A stretch of DNA of 64,000 nt from Heptranchias perlo (taxonomy: Eukaryota). The position numbers and the translations under genes are program-made. The notes below the pieces were generated by a model that saw only the letters and a program-made list of their open reading frames with translations, had not been told where the DNA came from and did no database searches. This document shows, piece after piece, positions 23,601-38,600 of this stretch. The stretch's first letter is position 1. Every line of letters starts with the position of its first letter. The DNA lies in the NCBI RefSeq assembly GCF_035084215.1, contig NC_090333.1:28954001-29018000 (forward strand), written 5' to 3'.

Positions 23601-26600
23601 CCATGCCAACAGAAATTTGGTTAGCCACCTGCCCTCAGAGAGAGGGGGAGTTGTCCAGGCACATGCCGACCCCCCAACTCCAGCACTACTCCCATTGATC
23701 CTCATGTAAGAGGGCCAAACAGGAAGTTTAAACATTTTTTTTCCTCTTTGGGATTCTAGGTTGCTTTCCAGGCCTGTAGACTCCACCGGTGGGGCCCTCA
23801 TGTGCCCTTGGTGAGGCCAATACACCTCATCTTACTCAGTATATTGATATGCTGGATCCATATCCAGGACTAGGAGTGGGAACTCCCTGCCCCTAACCCG
23901 TCCTTAGCCTGTTACTTGCTTTGTAAGGGGTTCACAGAGATTCTGTCTCTTACAAGGCAACCCAGAAGCTCGACATGACATAACCGGATCCCCCTCATTT
24001 CCTTCAGGGTTTTGCCGATTTATTGCCAAAATTACAGCGGGTTACTGGTAGAGGCCCGGTGGAATTTCCTGGCCATAGTACATTGGAGCACTCAATTGCA
24101 TTGTGCCGCCTTAGTAGAGTGTATTCTAATTTGCATATTGAGGTAAAGATATAGAAAGACTCTGGTCCCTCTAACAACACAACCAGGAGGCCTAGTTCAT
24201 GCTGGTATTATTAACACAGGCTGTAGCCATGGCCCATGAACTGTGGGGCACTAGCTACACAAATAAACTGTTGCTGCAGAACTGCATACCTTAGTAGCAG
24301 TAAGCATAAACAAAAGAGGCAACAGCCTTCGGGCTCCAGATAGAGGTGCAGTGAGAGGTTTAGAGGGAGTGAGTCCTTTGTATGCTAGGAAAGGGATTGG
24401 TGGTGGTGATGTGGTTCATTTCTGCTTATGAGAAAGCAGTAGGAGATTCCAGTCGGAAGGCAGTAAAGTAACAGCGTATTACTAATTGATATAGTGCTGT
24501 TGATAAACCAAGGTTTAGGCCCTGACATCATCAGAGTGACGACAGGTATCAATTTGGCAATCAAGTTGAAGATGTCAATTCTGAATTTTGAGACATTTTG
24601 AACGATATGATCTTTATCAGGGTTGTTATGTGCGTTTGTTCATTTAAAAATAAATTGCCATTAATAATCAGGGCAGAAATTAAGCCAGATTAAAGATAGA
24701 AGTTTAGTATTTTACCTGTTTAATTGCATTCATGAGTGGGAAGCAATGTTTTTTTAAGGAGTAAGCAGTATTTTCAGCTTTAAAAAAATATTTTGCATTA
24801 GTATTTTTCTTTAATGACACTGCAGTGGTATGTTTAACATTTATTACCATCTGCTTGTTGTCCTCTGAAATGGAAGCGAGGAGCCTCGCAGTATATATAG
24901 TACTGCTTCCAGGCTTGGGATCTCACACCAGATTTTGAAAAGGCACGAGTGGAGGTTTTGACTATGAGCACTATAACAACATATATAAAGATCTAGTTGG
25001 TAGTATAGGCTAGTCCTGCAAAGAACTGCTTGAGCTAGAATGATCTAGTGGAAGATAAGTAAGTGTGTGTGTGTAGAATAAGAGACCATGGATGAATTCG
25101 TTATAAGACAGAGGGGCAGAGTGTTCTGAAATTATTGGGTTACCATGACCCTGTGCATGAGATGCTGTCAGTATTTGCGACTGCTTGCACGTATAGGAGG
25201 ATTCCTGTCTACTGATGAAATCTGGATAGCACTGTATATGTTGGGAAGACACTGCATGCTGGTCTGCCTGGAGTCAGCTGTTCTCTTCTAGCTGAAACTG
25301 TTGTCTGCCTGTGTGTGTGTGGGTGGGACGACAACTCTGTTATTGCTTAGATTGTTTGACGTATCATTCTCTTCACCCCCACCCCCCTCACCACCACCAC
25401 CACCTCCATCCTTAACAGCATTGACCCTGTCCATCCAGAAGCAGGATGATCGCTTCCCACATCTGTCCCAGTTTTTTTGAGTGAGAGAGACTTGCGAGCT
25501 GCTGACTGCTGCCTGATACCTGCTGTAGATGTCAAATTGTCCCGAAGGCTGTTTATTTTTTAATATAATGAGGGGTTTTTTTTTAGACAGACACTTTTAT
25601 TATATTCTTCACCCCAGTATTTTAATCATTATTAGTATGGGCTGGTAAATGGCCCATTACTTCCTTGGTAGATGTTTTCCTTTTTTAACATAAAATCTCA
25701 ACAACTTTCACTTGGTGGGGGAGGGTGTAGAACGAAGGACACAATTTAAATAGAGCCTAGCCTGCTAATGTGAAATGTGTGAGCTTGCTTGAGACAGGGA
25801 TGGGTTGGGGGGAGGTGGTGGGCAGGGATGGGGAGGGAGACAGGACTGAGGCATTTTCCTTCCCATTGCACAGCCCTGACTGCCAGGGGATAAAGTAATT
25901 TCCTTTTTTAATGCACATATTATTTTGTTAGGTAGTGGGTTGTGTTTTTTTAAAGAAAGGATTGAGAGAGAGAAAAATTAACAGTCACTTTTTATTTTAG
26001 CCTACATTTCACTTGCCTTGGTACAGAGGACTGATGTGAGTTCAACAAATTCATTTTTTTCCATGAATGAAGCCAGCAATGTGGAAAAATTTTGCCTTTC
26101 AGAGCAGGATGAATGTATATCTCAGCCACACATTAAGCCGCATTAGCAGGCAGTGGAGTGCTTAATGTGGCCATTTTTCACAGGAGCCAACAGAAGAGAT
26201 GATTAGCATAATTAGTACAGGCAAGTCTATACATATGGAAATGCCAACTGCGTAAATGCCAGCACCAGTGGAAATTTATGTCAAGGCTGACAGGAGTCTC
26301 AGGGCTCAATAGTTCCCAGCTGTACCTCTTTGGGTCACACTGTCCCAAACCCAGTCAGGGTCTTTGGTTTCTGAATCTAAGTATGGAGTGGCTAAAGCCA
26401 GATGGGATTGAGTGCTTAGGCTTGTAAAACAAACTAGACAGCAGCACTTTCCTTGCACCCTTAATCACTCAACTTCTTCCTTTCCTTCCCTTCCCAATTT
26501 TACAAGGATCTTAACTGTCTTCTATATAATCCTCCCCCCACCTCCCACCTCCCCCCCCCCACCCGACCTTCTCCTTCTCTTCTCCTCCACCCACTTTCCC

Positions 26601-29600
26601 TGGTTTATTTTTTTTATGTGGAGGCTTTGGTCTCCTGCTTTTGTTGTAGAGAATTCTTTTTTTTCCCCTGTTTGTTACAGAACATCTCTGACGGACATTC
26701 ATGGTAGTGACAAAGCCTTGCATTCATTCAGAGGAGGCTCGATGAGCCCTGCCTATTGGGCCTGAGGTGGAGCACACATCTGCTACTTGATTCAGGGAAT
26801 GGAAAGATTTATTTTCAACAAAGCTTCTCCTAAAGGCCTCTCTCTCTCTCTCTCTCTTTCTTTTTCTCTTCACCCCCCCCCCCCCCCCCCACCCCTAGTC
26901 CCCTTAAAAATGTAGAAGGTGGTTCTGGGAAAGGTCCTTATTGAACAATGATGTAAAACAAAAAAAACATTCTGGCCAATACATGTTGTGACAGCACTTG
27001 GCTGGAGAGCACTTATGAGCCTCTTGGGCTTATTTCTCCACCCCCCCCCCCCTACTTTTCTAATAGAAGGCAGGAGTGGCTGGGACAGGTATAAAAAAAA
27101 AAGTCTCTTTCAGCAAGTCCACAGTGAGACTTCCTCCAAAGCAGCATGGATCTTTTCAGTGGAGCCCTAATCCAGCTAATCCTACCCACAACACTTTGAA
27201 GGTGGCCCAAGCCATGTGTGCCATATGATTGGAAGAAAAGCCCGAGAGCAGGGCATGTCATTTTTTTTCTTTTTCTCGATGCTGCTAGATGACGGAGACA
27301 CGCTTGTTTTATCACCAATTAAAATAGATGCGTAGCTTTAAAATAAAAGCTCTTCCATTACTTTAAAATACATTGACTGAGCTGTGTGGCCATGGCATCA
27401 GTCTTGTGATATATTCAGGAGTTCTGTACCTCAGTGAAAGAGAGAAGGGTATAATGTACACGAGAAAGTTATAACCCAGCGAAAGGGAGTGCTGTTATTA
27501 TAGGCAGGACTCTGATATAACCCAGTGAAAGGCATTATTACCCACTGATAACTTTAATGGTAGTCAACTCCAGATTATCATTCGACAAACTTGCACTGGT
27601 TATGATAATTAATCCTCCAGTAAAGGACATTGGCCTGGATGTTCCTCTGGGAATCTGTTCTTTTTTGGGCGGTCCTGGAGATTTAACAGGAAAAAAATGT
27701 GTGGTGGTATCTACTGCCTAACCCCCACCCTAGAAAAGTGCCACAGTGATTTTCTTCTCTCTCCTCTGCACCCCCCACCCCCAGGTGATTGAGGTGGCAG
27801 CCATTTCCCCTTTAAGAAGAAAGTGGAGAGAGTGAAGGCACTCTGTGCTATCATGTGGAATATAACTCAGATTTAAGAAGGTATCTTTAATGGGGGGTGA
27901 GGTGGCTACTAAGACCTCCTCCTTCTGTGGGCTAAAGTCCTCCTTTGCTGGTTTATATACAGTCACATTTCAACTGAAGAATCTTTAAAGATAATGATTT
28001 GGTGCTCTGAAGATGCACCAGCCACAGAGATTCTGACATTGCATTGTGCCACCTAATTACCGACACAAAATGGCTGCCGTGGCCCTTTCAGCTTTTGTAG
28101 CAGGACTAGATTTACATAGAATTTATAGCACAGAAACAGGCCATTCGGTTCCAACTGGTCTATGCCGGTGTTTATGCTCCACACGAGCCTCCTCCCACTC
28201 GACTTCATCTAACCCTATCAGGATTTACTTACTCTCTATAGAGGGTGCTGACAGCACCAGAAATCCACCATGAATATGTAATGAAGGTGAACTGAGGAAA
28301 ATTGGACTGATTCAGGAAGGCATTACACTGACTGGCAGAGGTTCAGCTTTGGTGCCATTCCAGTGCTAAATCCACCACGGAAGAAAATCGAGACCCATCA
28401 CTTCATATCAGTTGCACGGCAGGTCCTGGCTGTACATGACAATGGAGAAAGAAATGGAAAAGAAATTAATTAGAAATACTCCCACTAAATTCACGTATGT
28501 ATTTAAAAATAATAGAACATGGAATGGATTTGATATACATATATCTGGGTTTAGACATGGTTCGAAGCTGTTTGAGCTGTGGTTTATGAAGCCATCTGAA
28601 CCCGTTGATGAAATTACTGCTGTACAATTACTCCCAGCTAACCAATATTGCATTTAGAAAATGTTCTAACGCAGTAAAATAGAACGTTTTGTTACAACCC
28701 ATGACTGAATGACCAATTACACTTAAAAAGAGAGAAAGAAAGGCAGTCAGTTCTACCGCCTAAGGAACAATTAAACTCTAACCTCCCCCAGGACTTTCCC
28801 GCTGGGTGGCCAGGGTTAAAATCGACCCTTTAGATGATGGCCTTAAACAGACATAATCCACCTTAGCAGAATAATACATTATATATTATATAGTATAATG
28901 CCCCTGTCCTTATAAAACAGGGTATTATCCAATTTACCATGAACTCATTTATGACATTAAGCTCATTTATGACTCCATGATGCCTTCTGAACTTTTTGCT
29001 GTGATTTCCTCTCTGTAGTCACTCCCAAATACTCATTATTCACTGTAAAATAAACACTGATCACACAATTGGTAATGGTGTCATTCATCTCTGAGTGTGA
29101 CTGGCATCGTGCTTCAGTGATACATTGGGAGTAATTTTGACTTTGGACAATTTTCATTTCCAATCGGGAGAGATGTATAATGTGCGGCTGATCCGATATC
29201 GGCTGTTTTGCACTATCGCCCAAAGTAAAAATTACCCCCAGTGTCTGCAAAGAGAATCACTTCTGGCATAAAAAAAATGAAACTGAAAATACATAACATA
29301 ACTTCACAAGAAATAGTATTCCTGGATCTACATCAGCTTGAATCAAGAATACTATAAAATCCCTTAAAATTGACAAATGACACAATTTGTATCTGAGCTC
29401 TACACAATTTGGAACCCAAGTTCAGATATTAAATACAAAAGATTATATTTTGTAAAATATTGTTAGTAAGCAAACGAGAAATGACATGATGGACTGATGA
29501 TGGTCAGTAGGATGAGTAATGAGATCCCCACCATCACAGAAGCCAGTCTTCAGCCAATTCAATTCACTCCATGTGATATCAAGAAACGGCTGAGTGCACT

Positions 29601-32600
29601 GGAAAGGCTATGGGCCACGACAGCATCCTGGCTGTATTGCTGAAGACTTCTGCTCCAGAACTAGCCGCGCCTCGAGCCAAGTTGTTCCAGAACAGCTACA
29701 ACACTGGCATCTACCCGACAAAGTGGAAAATTGCCCAGGTATGTCCTGTCCACAAAAAGCAGGACAAATCCAATCCGGCCAATTACCACCCCATCAGTTT
29801 ATTCTTAATCATCAGCAAAGTGATGGAAGGTGTCGTCAACAGGGCAATCAAGCGGCACTTACTCACCAATAACCTGCTCACCGATGCTCAGTTTGGGTTC
29901 CATCAGGACCTTTCGGCTCCAGACCTCATTACAGCCTTGGTCCCAACATGGTCAAAAGAGCTGAATTCCAGAGGTGAGGTGAGAGTGACTGGCCTTGACA
30001 TCAAGGCAGCATTTGACCGAGTGTGGCATCAAGGAGCCCTAGAAAAATTGAAGTCAATGAATCGGGAATGGGAATCAGGGGGAAAACTCTCCAGTGGCTG
30101 GAGTCATACCTAGCACAAAGGTAGTGGTTGTTGGAGGCCAATCATCTCAGCCCCAGGACGTGGCTGCAGGAGTTCCTCAGGGCAGTGTCCTAGGCCCAAC
30201 CATCTTTAGCTGCTTCATCAATGACCTTCCCTCCATCATAAGGTCAGAAGTGGGGATGTTTGCTGATGATTGTACAGGGCTCAGTTCCATTTGCAACCCC
30301 TCAGATAATGAAGCAGTCCGTGCCCGCATGCGGCAAGACCTGGACAACATCCAGGCTTGGGCTGATAAGTGGCAAGTAATATTCGCGACAAACAAGTGTC
30401 AGGCAATGACCATCTCCAACAAGAGACAGTCTAACCACCTCCCCTTGACATTCAACGGCAATACCATCACCAAATCCCCCACCATCAACAGCCTGGGGGT
30501 CACCATTGACCAGAAACTAAACTGGACCAGCCACATAAATATTGTGGCTACAAAAGCAGGTCAGAGACTGGGTGTTCTGCGGCGAGTGATTCACCTCCTG
30601 ACTCCCCAAAGCCTTTTCACCATCTACAAGACACAAGTCAGGAGTGTGATGAAATACTCTTCACTTGCTTAGATGAGTGCAACTCCAACAACGCTCAAGA
30701 AGCTCGACACGATCCAGAACAAAGCAACCCACTTGATTGGCACCCCATCCACCACCTTAGACATTCACTTCCTCCACCACCATGGCTGCAGTGTGTACCA
30801 TTTACAAGATGCACTGCAGCAACTCACCAAGGCTTCTTCGACAGCACTTCCCAAACCCACGACCTCTATCACCTGGAAGGACAAGGGCAGCAGACGTGTG
30901 GGAACATCACCACCTGTACATTCCCCTCCAAGTCACACACCATCCTGACTTGGAAATATATCGCCATTCCTTCATTGTTGCTGGGTCAAAATCCTGGAAC
31001 TCCCTATCTACCAGCACTGTGGGAGAACCTTCACCACACGAACTGCAGCGGTTCAAAAAGACGGTTCACCATCACCTTCTCACGGGCAATTAGGGATGGG
31101 CAATAAATGCTGGCCTTGCCAGCGACGCCCACATCCCATGAATGAATAAAAAAAATACAGGTAATTGGAGAATGGTTTGTGGTAGCAGTTGGGATTCTTT
31201 TTAAGTGACCTGCCTGGATTGGGATTTGATAAGCAAATTTGAATGGGCGCAATTTGGCACATTACAGTGTTATGTTTGGGATTGGAATTGACTGGAGTCA
31301 CCTGTGTTTGATCTAGAATAGGATGGTGGTACTGTCATTTTTCATGTATCAGTACGCTGTGCCATGGAGCAATGGGATACAGGCTCATGCCGATAATTCC
31401 CCCCAGTGCCCGAGCTCCTGACCTTATTTGTCCTATCAGTGAGGGTGCACTGGGGAAAAGATGGACAGCAAAGGTTTGCCACTTCAAAGGGAGGGATGGG
31501 AAGTTGAGTCACCTCCTCCTCTCTCCAACCCCTGGTAAAAGTTTTCAACATAGAGCAACAATCCAAGAGTCCTAGGAGCAGGTTGCCTGCCTTCCTGCAT
31601 CTTGTATGTTGGGGAATAGTGCATGGTTACATGGGGGGAGGGGCTGAGTGCCTAACGAGGGGAAAAAGTGACCTGTGCTAGCATTTCGTAGACCTTTTTA
31701 ATGTGTTTTAACAAGAGTCAGCTATATCCTTTCCCATATAACCCTTCACAAATATAACAGACTTTTAGCGGTGAGATTAAACTCTTAAAGCTTTATTTTG
31801 TATCCACTCCCACTGACTGCTGTCTGCTGTAAAGCAGTTATTGACAGGCCCAATTTGTTTTTGGAAAGGAATGGAATAAATTATGTGTGACTGTCAGCGA
31901 TTGTCTTAAATGTATGAAAAGATTGATTCTTCACAATTGGTGCTTTGGTATTTTCATTGTTCATTTTAGAGGGATTTACAGGTGCATTCCCCTCAGGTTA
32001 TTTGGTATTGTATTGTACTGAGAGACTAAAGAATCCCCCCAATGATAGGTGTGCCCACAAGTTCAAGATACCTTGCCTTGCATTATAAGTTGTGATACAG
32101 AGACCAGATTTGACATCAGATTGATGCATTACTAAAGAGACTAACTCCAAGTGAATCAATGCCTCATCCAGGTTTAGAAATCCCAATACTAAACCATTCA
32201 CTCCTGTAGTATAGAATTTCCAGTTCCTTCAAAATCCTGATACGAAATATTAAAATCTTAAATATCTGTACTAAGTACAGTTTCTAGACTACCAAATTTC
32301 ACTGCAGCAGCATATTAGAAGTCTAATCAGTGTTGTATAAAGTAATGCTTTTGTTAAATGTTTTCTGTGGTTTTTATTTAAATTGAATTGCTGAATGAAA
32401 GCTTTAAATGAGCTAGGGTACAAAGATATGCCAATTGGCTATTTTTATCTAGAGTTTATAGAAATCCTGATCCAAGCACAACATTTCTTGGCACAAAAAC
32501 AGTTATATGATTATTAGGATTCAGCAGCAACAGTTTCATTTCTATGTTCACAGTGAAGGGAAGGAGGAGGGGAAGGGAGTAAGGCTGAGTTAAAGAAAAA

Positions 32601-35600
32601 CTTAAATTTCCACAGGTGGCAAGGTCATATCACTGCAGAGCAGCAAGTTTCAGAGATGAATTTTAGTATATTTATTGTGGAAAGTAGACTCTCAAACACA
32701 ACACCCTCCTCCTCACCCTCACCACACAGCTGCTAGAGGCTAAAACCAAAGTCTCCGTGCTTCCTTGTGAGATTTTTGCCGTGCAATTGCTGCATTTTGG
32801 ACACCCATAACATTTGCAGTGTAGAGAATCAGTGTTTTAACATAGGGTTGCATATCTAATTTTGGGATATTTTCAGTGAGATGGTAAGCACAGTCCAAAA
32901 CCAGCGAGACTGAGCAGAAACAGAAAATATCAGCAGCAAAGAGCATCAGAAAAAAACAGTGAGGCTGACTGAACTGCCACTGCAATGAATAGAGCTGTGT
33001 TTGTTTATGCATTTTAACAAAGAGCCATATAGTCACAGGGTTTTTCATTTTATTTGGCACAATTAATGACTGCAGTATCAGAAGCAACAATGGAAATAAA
33101 AATTTTGAGAGATGTAAAATGGGCTGCCGATTCCTGACTTACGCTATCGCACAAAGTCAAAATTACCCCCAATAAGTGAAATTTGATGGGGTCCTATAGG
33201 TTACTAGCAACCTCTAATGTAGAAAGCAAACACTGTGACCTGTACAACAGGGAATGCGCCTCTTGAGAATTTGCCTCAGAGACTCAGCATTTTGAAACTA
33301 TTAATCTAATATGGCCACAATGCCTCCCCTTCTGCCCACAAACATGTGTCAAAAACTCTGGGCTATTGAAAATATATTGACACATACTTCTAGTGTCCTG
33401 GTTCATGGTCTCAAACTTGTCAGCTGCAAAGCTTTTTTGGATACTTGTGCTCTTGAGATTGTATTGTCACATAAGACTGGGATCATAGATACCGCTATCC
33501 TGTACAGTAAAAATGTGTGCCTAAATTGTGCTGTGGTTTGATATGTGATATAAAGTTTCATTTCCATAAAATGACTCAAGTGAGAACAGGTTCATGATTT
33601 TCTTTTATGCAGCACATGGGAAATTTTCCCCATTCATTGCATCCTTTATAGCCACTATGCTCAGGCACTTGGTGATTATTAAGGTTTTACATTGACCAGT
33701 TTAGGTAATCCTTTAAAGGGACAGAGTTGCTGTGTCAGGGAATGGTTCTGGGAGGCTCAGTTCATAAAATACCTCTCTCCAAAAACTGCTACCTAGCCAC
33801 ATCAGACTCCATGGCAAGTGCACAGCCTACAATCTACTTCAGTGCCAACTTTCTCAGTGCAATTTTCAGATTGTTGTCTTTTCTTTAAAGCAAGATTCTC
33901 TTCTAAATAAATCAATTTCAGGTGGTAGTATTGTGCCCCATTTTTTGGCAGTAGAGGGGGCAGAGCACAGATTCACTAGAATGCTGCCTGGTATGAAGAA
34001 ATACCATTATGAAAGACTTAAAAACCTCCAGCTGTTTTTGTTAGACGCAGTGACTTGATAGAGGTGTTTAAAATTATGAAGGGATGGGATGAAGTAGATA
34101 GAAACAGACTGTTTCCGGTGACTGAGATATCTAGAACAAGGAGATATAGATATAAGATTAAATGTAAGAGATTTAGGACAAAGAGCTGGAGAAACGTTTT
34201 TACATAGAGGGTTGTGAGGCTGTGGAATGTACTACCTGAGTTAGTGATTGAAACAGAGACCATATCAACATTTAAGAAAAGGTTAGATAGGTGGTTGAGG
34301 GAAAGGGGGATAAAGGGATATGGGAACAGAACAGGTACATGGGATTAGGACTACTGCTCAAATGGAGCCAAATGTTGGGCCAAATGGCCTGTTTCCGTGT
34401 TATAATTTCTATGTAGTTCTATGTCAGAAGCAATTGGGAACACAGACATAATCACGCTATCAATCAAGTTGTAGCATTCACCACTGTGTACAAACATATA
34501 ATTATCTTACAAAGCACTCTAACTGTGTTGAGAGGAATAATGTTAAGTGCAGTCTGACTTGTGTTTCTGATATGGTTGTCAGTACCTGTCTGGTTTTTGT
34601 ACTAGTTGATAGCTAATTGTAAGGAACTACACTCGGCACTTTTCCTGACTTGTAAAATTAAATTCCAAAAGTCAGTGTCTTGTTGGATGTAAAATAATTG
34701 TACAAAATAAAATACAGAGCTGTTTAGTCATACAGCAATTCTGAGCTCAAGCATGAGCCCCTACCCTAGTCCTGAACTTGTATCTCTCTCTAGTTTCTCT
34801 CCTGTCTCCCTTTATGCCCTCGCCGAGCTCATCTTGACCGTGAGACCCACCTCCTGCGCCCTCAACTCTATTCCCACCAAACTGCTGACCACCCAACTTC
34901 CCTTCCTGACCCCCATGTTAGCTGATATTGTTAACGGTTCCCTCACCTCAGGTACTGACCCCCTCCTCTTCAAATCTGCCATCATCACCACTCTGTCCTT
35001 GCAAACTACTGTCCCAACTCCAACCTCCCTTTCTTCTCCAAAGCCCTTGAACATGCTGTCACCTCCCAATTCCGTGCCCATCTTTCGTGCAACTTCATGT
35101 TTGAATCCCTCCAATCAGATTTCCGCCCCTGCCACAGTACTGAAATGGCCCTTATCACAGTCACAAATGACATCCTATGTGACTGTGATCGTGGTAAACT
35201 ATCCCTCCTCATCCTTCTCGACCTGTCTGCAGCCTTTGACATGGTTGACCACACCATCATCCACCAATGCCTCGCCTCCGTTGTCCAGCTGGGTGGGACT
35301 GCGCTCACCTGGTTCCATTTTTATCTATCCAGTTGTAGCCAGAGAATCACCTGCAATGGCTTCTCTTCCCACTCCTGCACCGTTACCTCTGGAGTCTTCC
35401 AAGGATCTATCCTTGGCTCCCTCCTATTTCTCATCTACATGCTGCCCCTCGGTGCCATCATCCAAAAACATGTCAAGTTCCACATGTACGCTGACAACAC
35501 CCAGCTCCACCTCATTACCACCTCCCTCGACCCCTCCACTGTCCCTGATTTGTCACACTGTTTGTCCAACATCCAGTACTGGATGAGCAAAAATATTCTC

Positions 35601-38600
35601 CAGCTAAATATTGGGAAGGCCGAAGTCATTGTCTTCGGCACAAACTCTGTTCCCTAGCCACTGGCTTCATCCTTCTCCCTGGTCACTGTCTGAGGCTGAA
35701 CCAGACCGTTCGCAGCCTTGGCGTCCTATTTGACCCTGAGATGAGCTTCCAGCCACATATCTGCTCCATCACCAAGACCGCCTACTTCCACCTCCGAAAC
35801 ATTGCTCATCTCCGCCCCTGCCTCAGCTCATCTGCTGCTGAAACCCTCATCCATGCCTTTGTTACCTCTAGACTTGACTATTCCAATGCTCTCCTGGCCG
35901 GCCTCCCATCTTCCACCCTCCAATCCTTGTCTCTTGCGCATCCCTGATTTTAATCGCTCCACCATTGGCGGCCGTACCTTCAGCTGCCTCGGCCCTAAGC
36001 TCTGGAATTCCCTCCCTAATTCCACCTCTCCACCTCTCTCTCCTTCTTTAAAACGCTTCTTAAAAGCTACCTCTTTGACCAAGCTTTTGGTCACCTGTAC
36101 TAATATCTCCTTATGTGGCTCGGTGACAAATTTTGTTTGATATCGCTCCTGTGAAGTGCCTTGGGGCGTTTTACTATGCTAAAGGCATTATATAAATGCA
36201 ACTTGTTGTTAGGACTTCTTAGTCTCATTGACACAGTTTACAAGCAGTCTCATCTCTTCTTTCACACATCTGGTCGTATATTTAAGAGAAATGCAAGATT
36301 TTGGAGGTGGGGGTGTAAGTAATCCTAGACCCACCTTGCACTTAGCTTGTGTAATTACTGTCCTACAGATCTACAGGAGGGACAGAAAGAGATGCACTCA
36401 AACTAATCTCTTTTTAAAAATATTTAAAGCAATGAGAGTTCTTAAGAAATGAGCTAAATGCACGGATTGACTATTAATACGAGATATTGAACACCTAACT
36501 ATTTTTTGACCATTAGGGTATTGAAAGACTTTTGACCTTGACATTGGAACATAGGAACAGTAGGTCATTCAGTCCCTCGAGCCTGCTCTGCTATTCAATT
36601 AGATCATGGCTGATTTGTATCTCAACTCCATACCCTTACCCGACAAAAATCTTATCGACTTTGACAGCTCAGGCAATCATCACATTTTGGATTTAAATAA
36701 TAAAATTGTTGTGTCATTATGTGGATTCAATATAAATAAACCAAATACAAATCCATAGAAAATGTGGCAACTTTGTAAAATAATTACCAGCTATTCGGCA
36801 GCCCAGTGGCTCAGCAGATTTGGTGTATCAGTGTCCTGAACTACTGATTAGTAGAGTGCCAGATCACATCCGTCAACTTTCTGACTGTGGGGAAGGTGCA
36901 GAACAGAGGCTAAGTGCTTACCCACAGGAAGGGATGGAAAAATTGGCAGAGCAAGGCTCCCAGGTCTTCTCCTGTGTGCTATCTGACAGCTGTTTACAGA
37001 GCTGGACTGGCAGTGTTGCTTGCCCATTTAATCAACTTTAGTATGGTCCATGGATTGGGGAACCGAAAAGAATGGAGGGGAAGAAAATTACTCAAATTAA
37101 GGTATCAAGGAAGTAACAAAATTATTATTATAATCAGTAATAATGAGGGAGAGAATCAAAATTCTAACATGAAAGCCAGAACTTAGTACTGAGTAGACAG
37201 CAACAGCAATATCATAACCAGCTGGTCAAAGTGCTTATTAAAACAAAATCTAAAAATTCATTTTTGATTTCCCCAGTACAAAATATTTTTACAGCTCATT
37301 TGCCTGTTGAAAAAGTGAAGATGCTGCCTTGTGTATTTGTCTTGGCTCAGTGCCCCTGAGGCTCAAGTACAGCTACAGTCAGTGTGAGGGTTTTACTAAA
37401 TCCCAGTGAAATTGCCAGATGAAGATTTTTGGTACTGTATTTCCAAAATTGACACCATTGACTTAAAAATAAGTAAAGAGGAAACAGCAAGTCAAAGAGT
37501 CCAAATCTGTTACAAGATCTGACTGGAACGTGGTGAAAAGGAGAGAGACAGGAGCCATTTGTAGCCAATTTTTCTCTCTCATGCACGGGGGAGGAGGACT
37601 GATGTAAAACTTGTAAGATAAATGGCTGGCAGTAAGACACAAGGCAGTTATTGCTTTCAGGGGTTTTGTTGGCATCATAAATGTCATCACTGTAACACAG
37701 TTGGTAATAATTGTTATTGTCACTCCTTGGAGAGTGAGACTGAAACTTAAAATAGGCCATTTTTCTAAAGCTAGGTAAGAGTGGCTAGTTATTAAAGTAA
37801 TCGCAGAACTCTTGAGAATTGAATAATGGCTTATATCTCCACCATCCAACTTCTATTCCTTATGATTGTATACCAGGTGGAGGTTATATATTTATTGGAG
37901 CCTGCTTGCTTACCCATATTGGCTGCTGTTTGTTTGATAGGGATGGAGATAAGAGTGGACCTGCACGGTGATGCCATCAAGTGTTAGGGTGCTAGCACGC
38001 GGAGTCATAGAGCTGAGCCAGATGTACTTGATAGTAATGTGTCAATCCACTTGGGCAGAGTGGCCTCCTTTTGTGCTGTAATCTCTATGGCTCGATGTTT
38101 ACCTCACAGTTGACAGCCCTACAGTCGGATGTCATCCTACATCAACAACATAGAACTGTCCTTCATGATAGTCAATGTGAGCAAAAACAAGGACCCAAAC
38201 TGGATTAAAACCACCCAAGTGCATTACCTGGAGTAATTTCAGGGCTGTAAGCTTTGGGCTTCAGATAACAATTATAAACCCACTTGAGCTTAGCTGAACC
38301 CCTCAATTACATTACTGCTTTGAATCATCCTCAGGTATCCATTATTCTACGCATAAACCATCTCATTCCCTTAACTAGATTGCAGCCTTATAATCATTCC
38401 CAGACATCCATTCTTCTATATATAAACCATCCAAACATGTCAATTAGACTACAGCCTTGTAATCACCTCCAAGTATCCATTATTCTCTACATAATTTATA
38501 GCAATTATAACCTTCAAGCAGCAAAAATATTCCTGTATCGCTGGTCCTTTCTGTTACTTGATGTGATGTACCATCGGATAGTCATCTCTCAGCACTGTAA

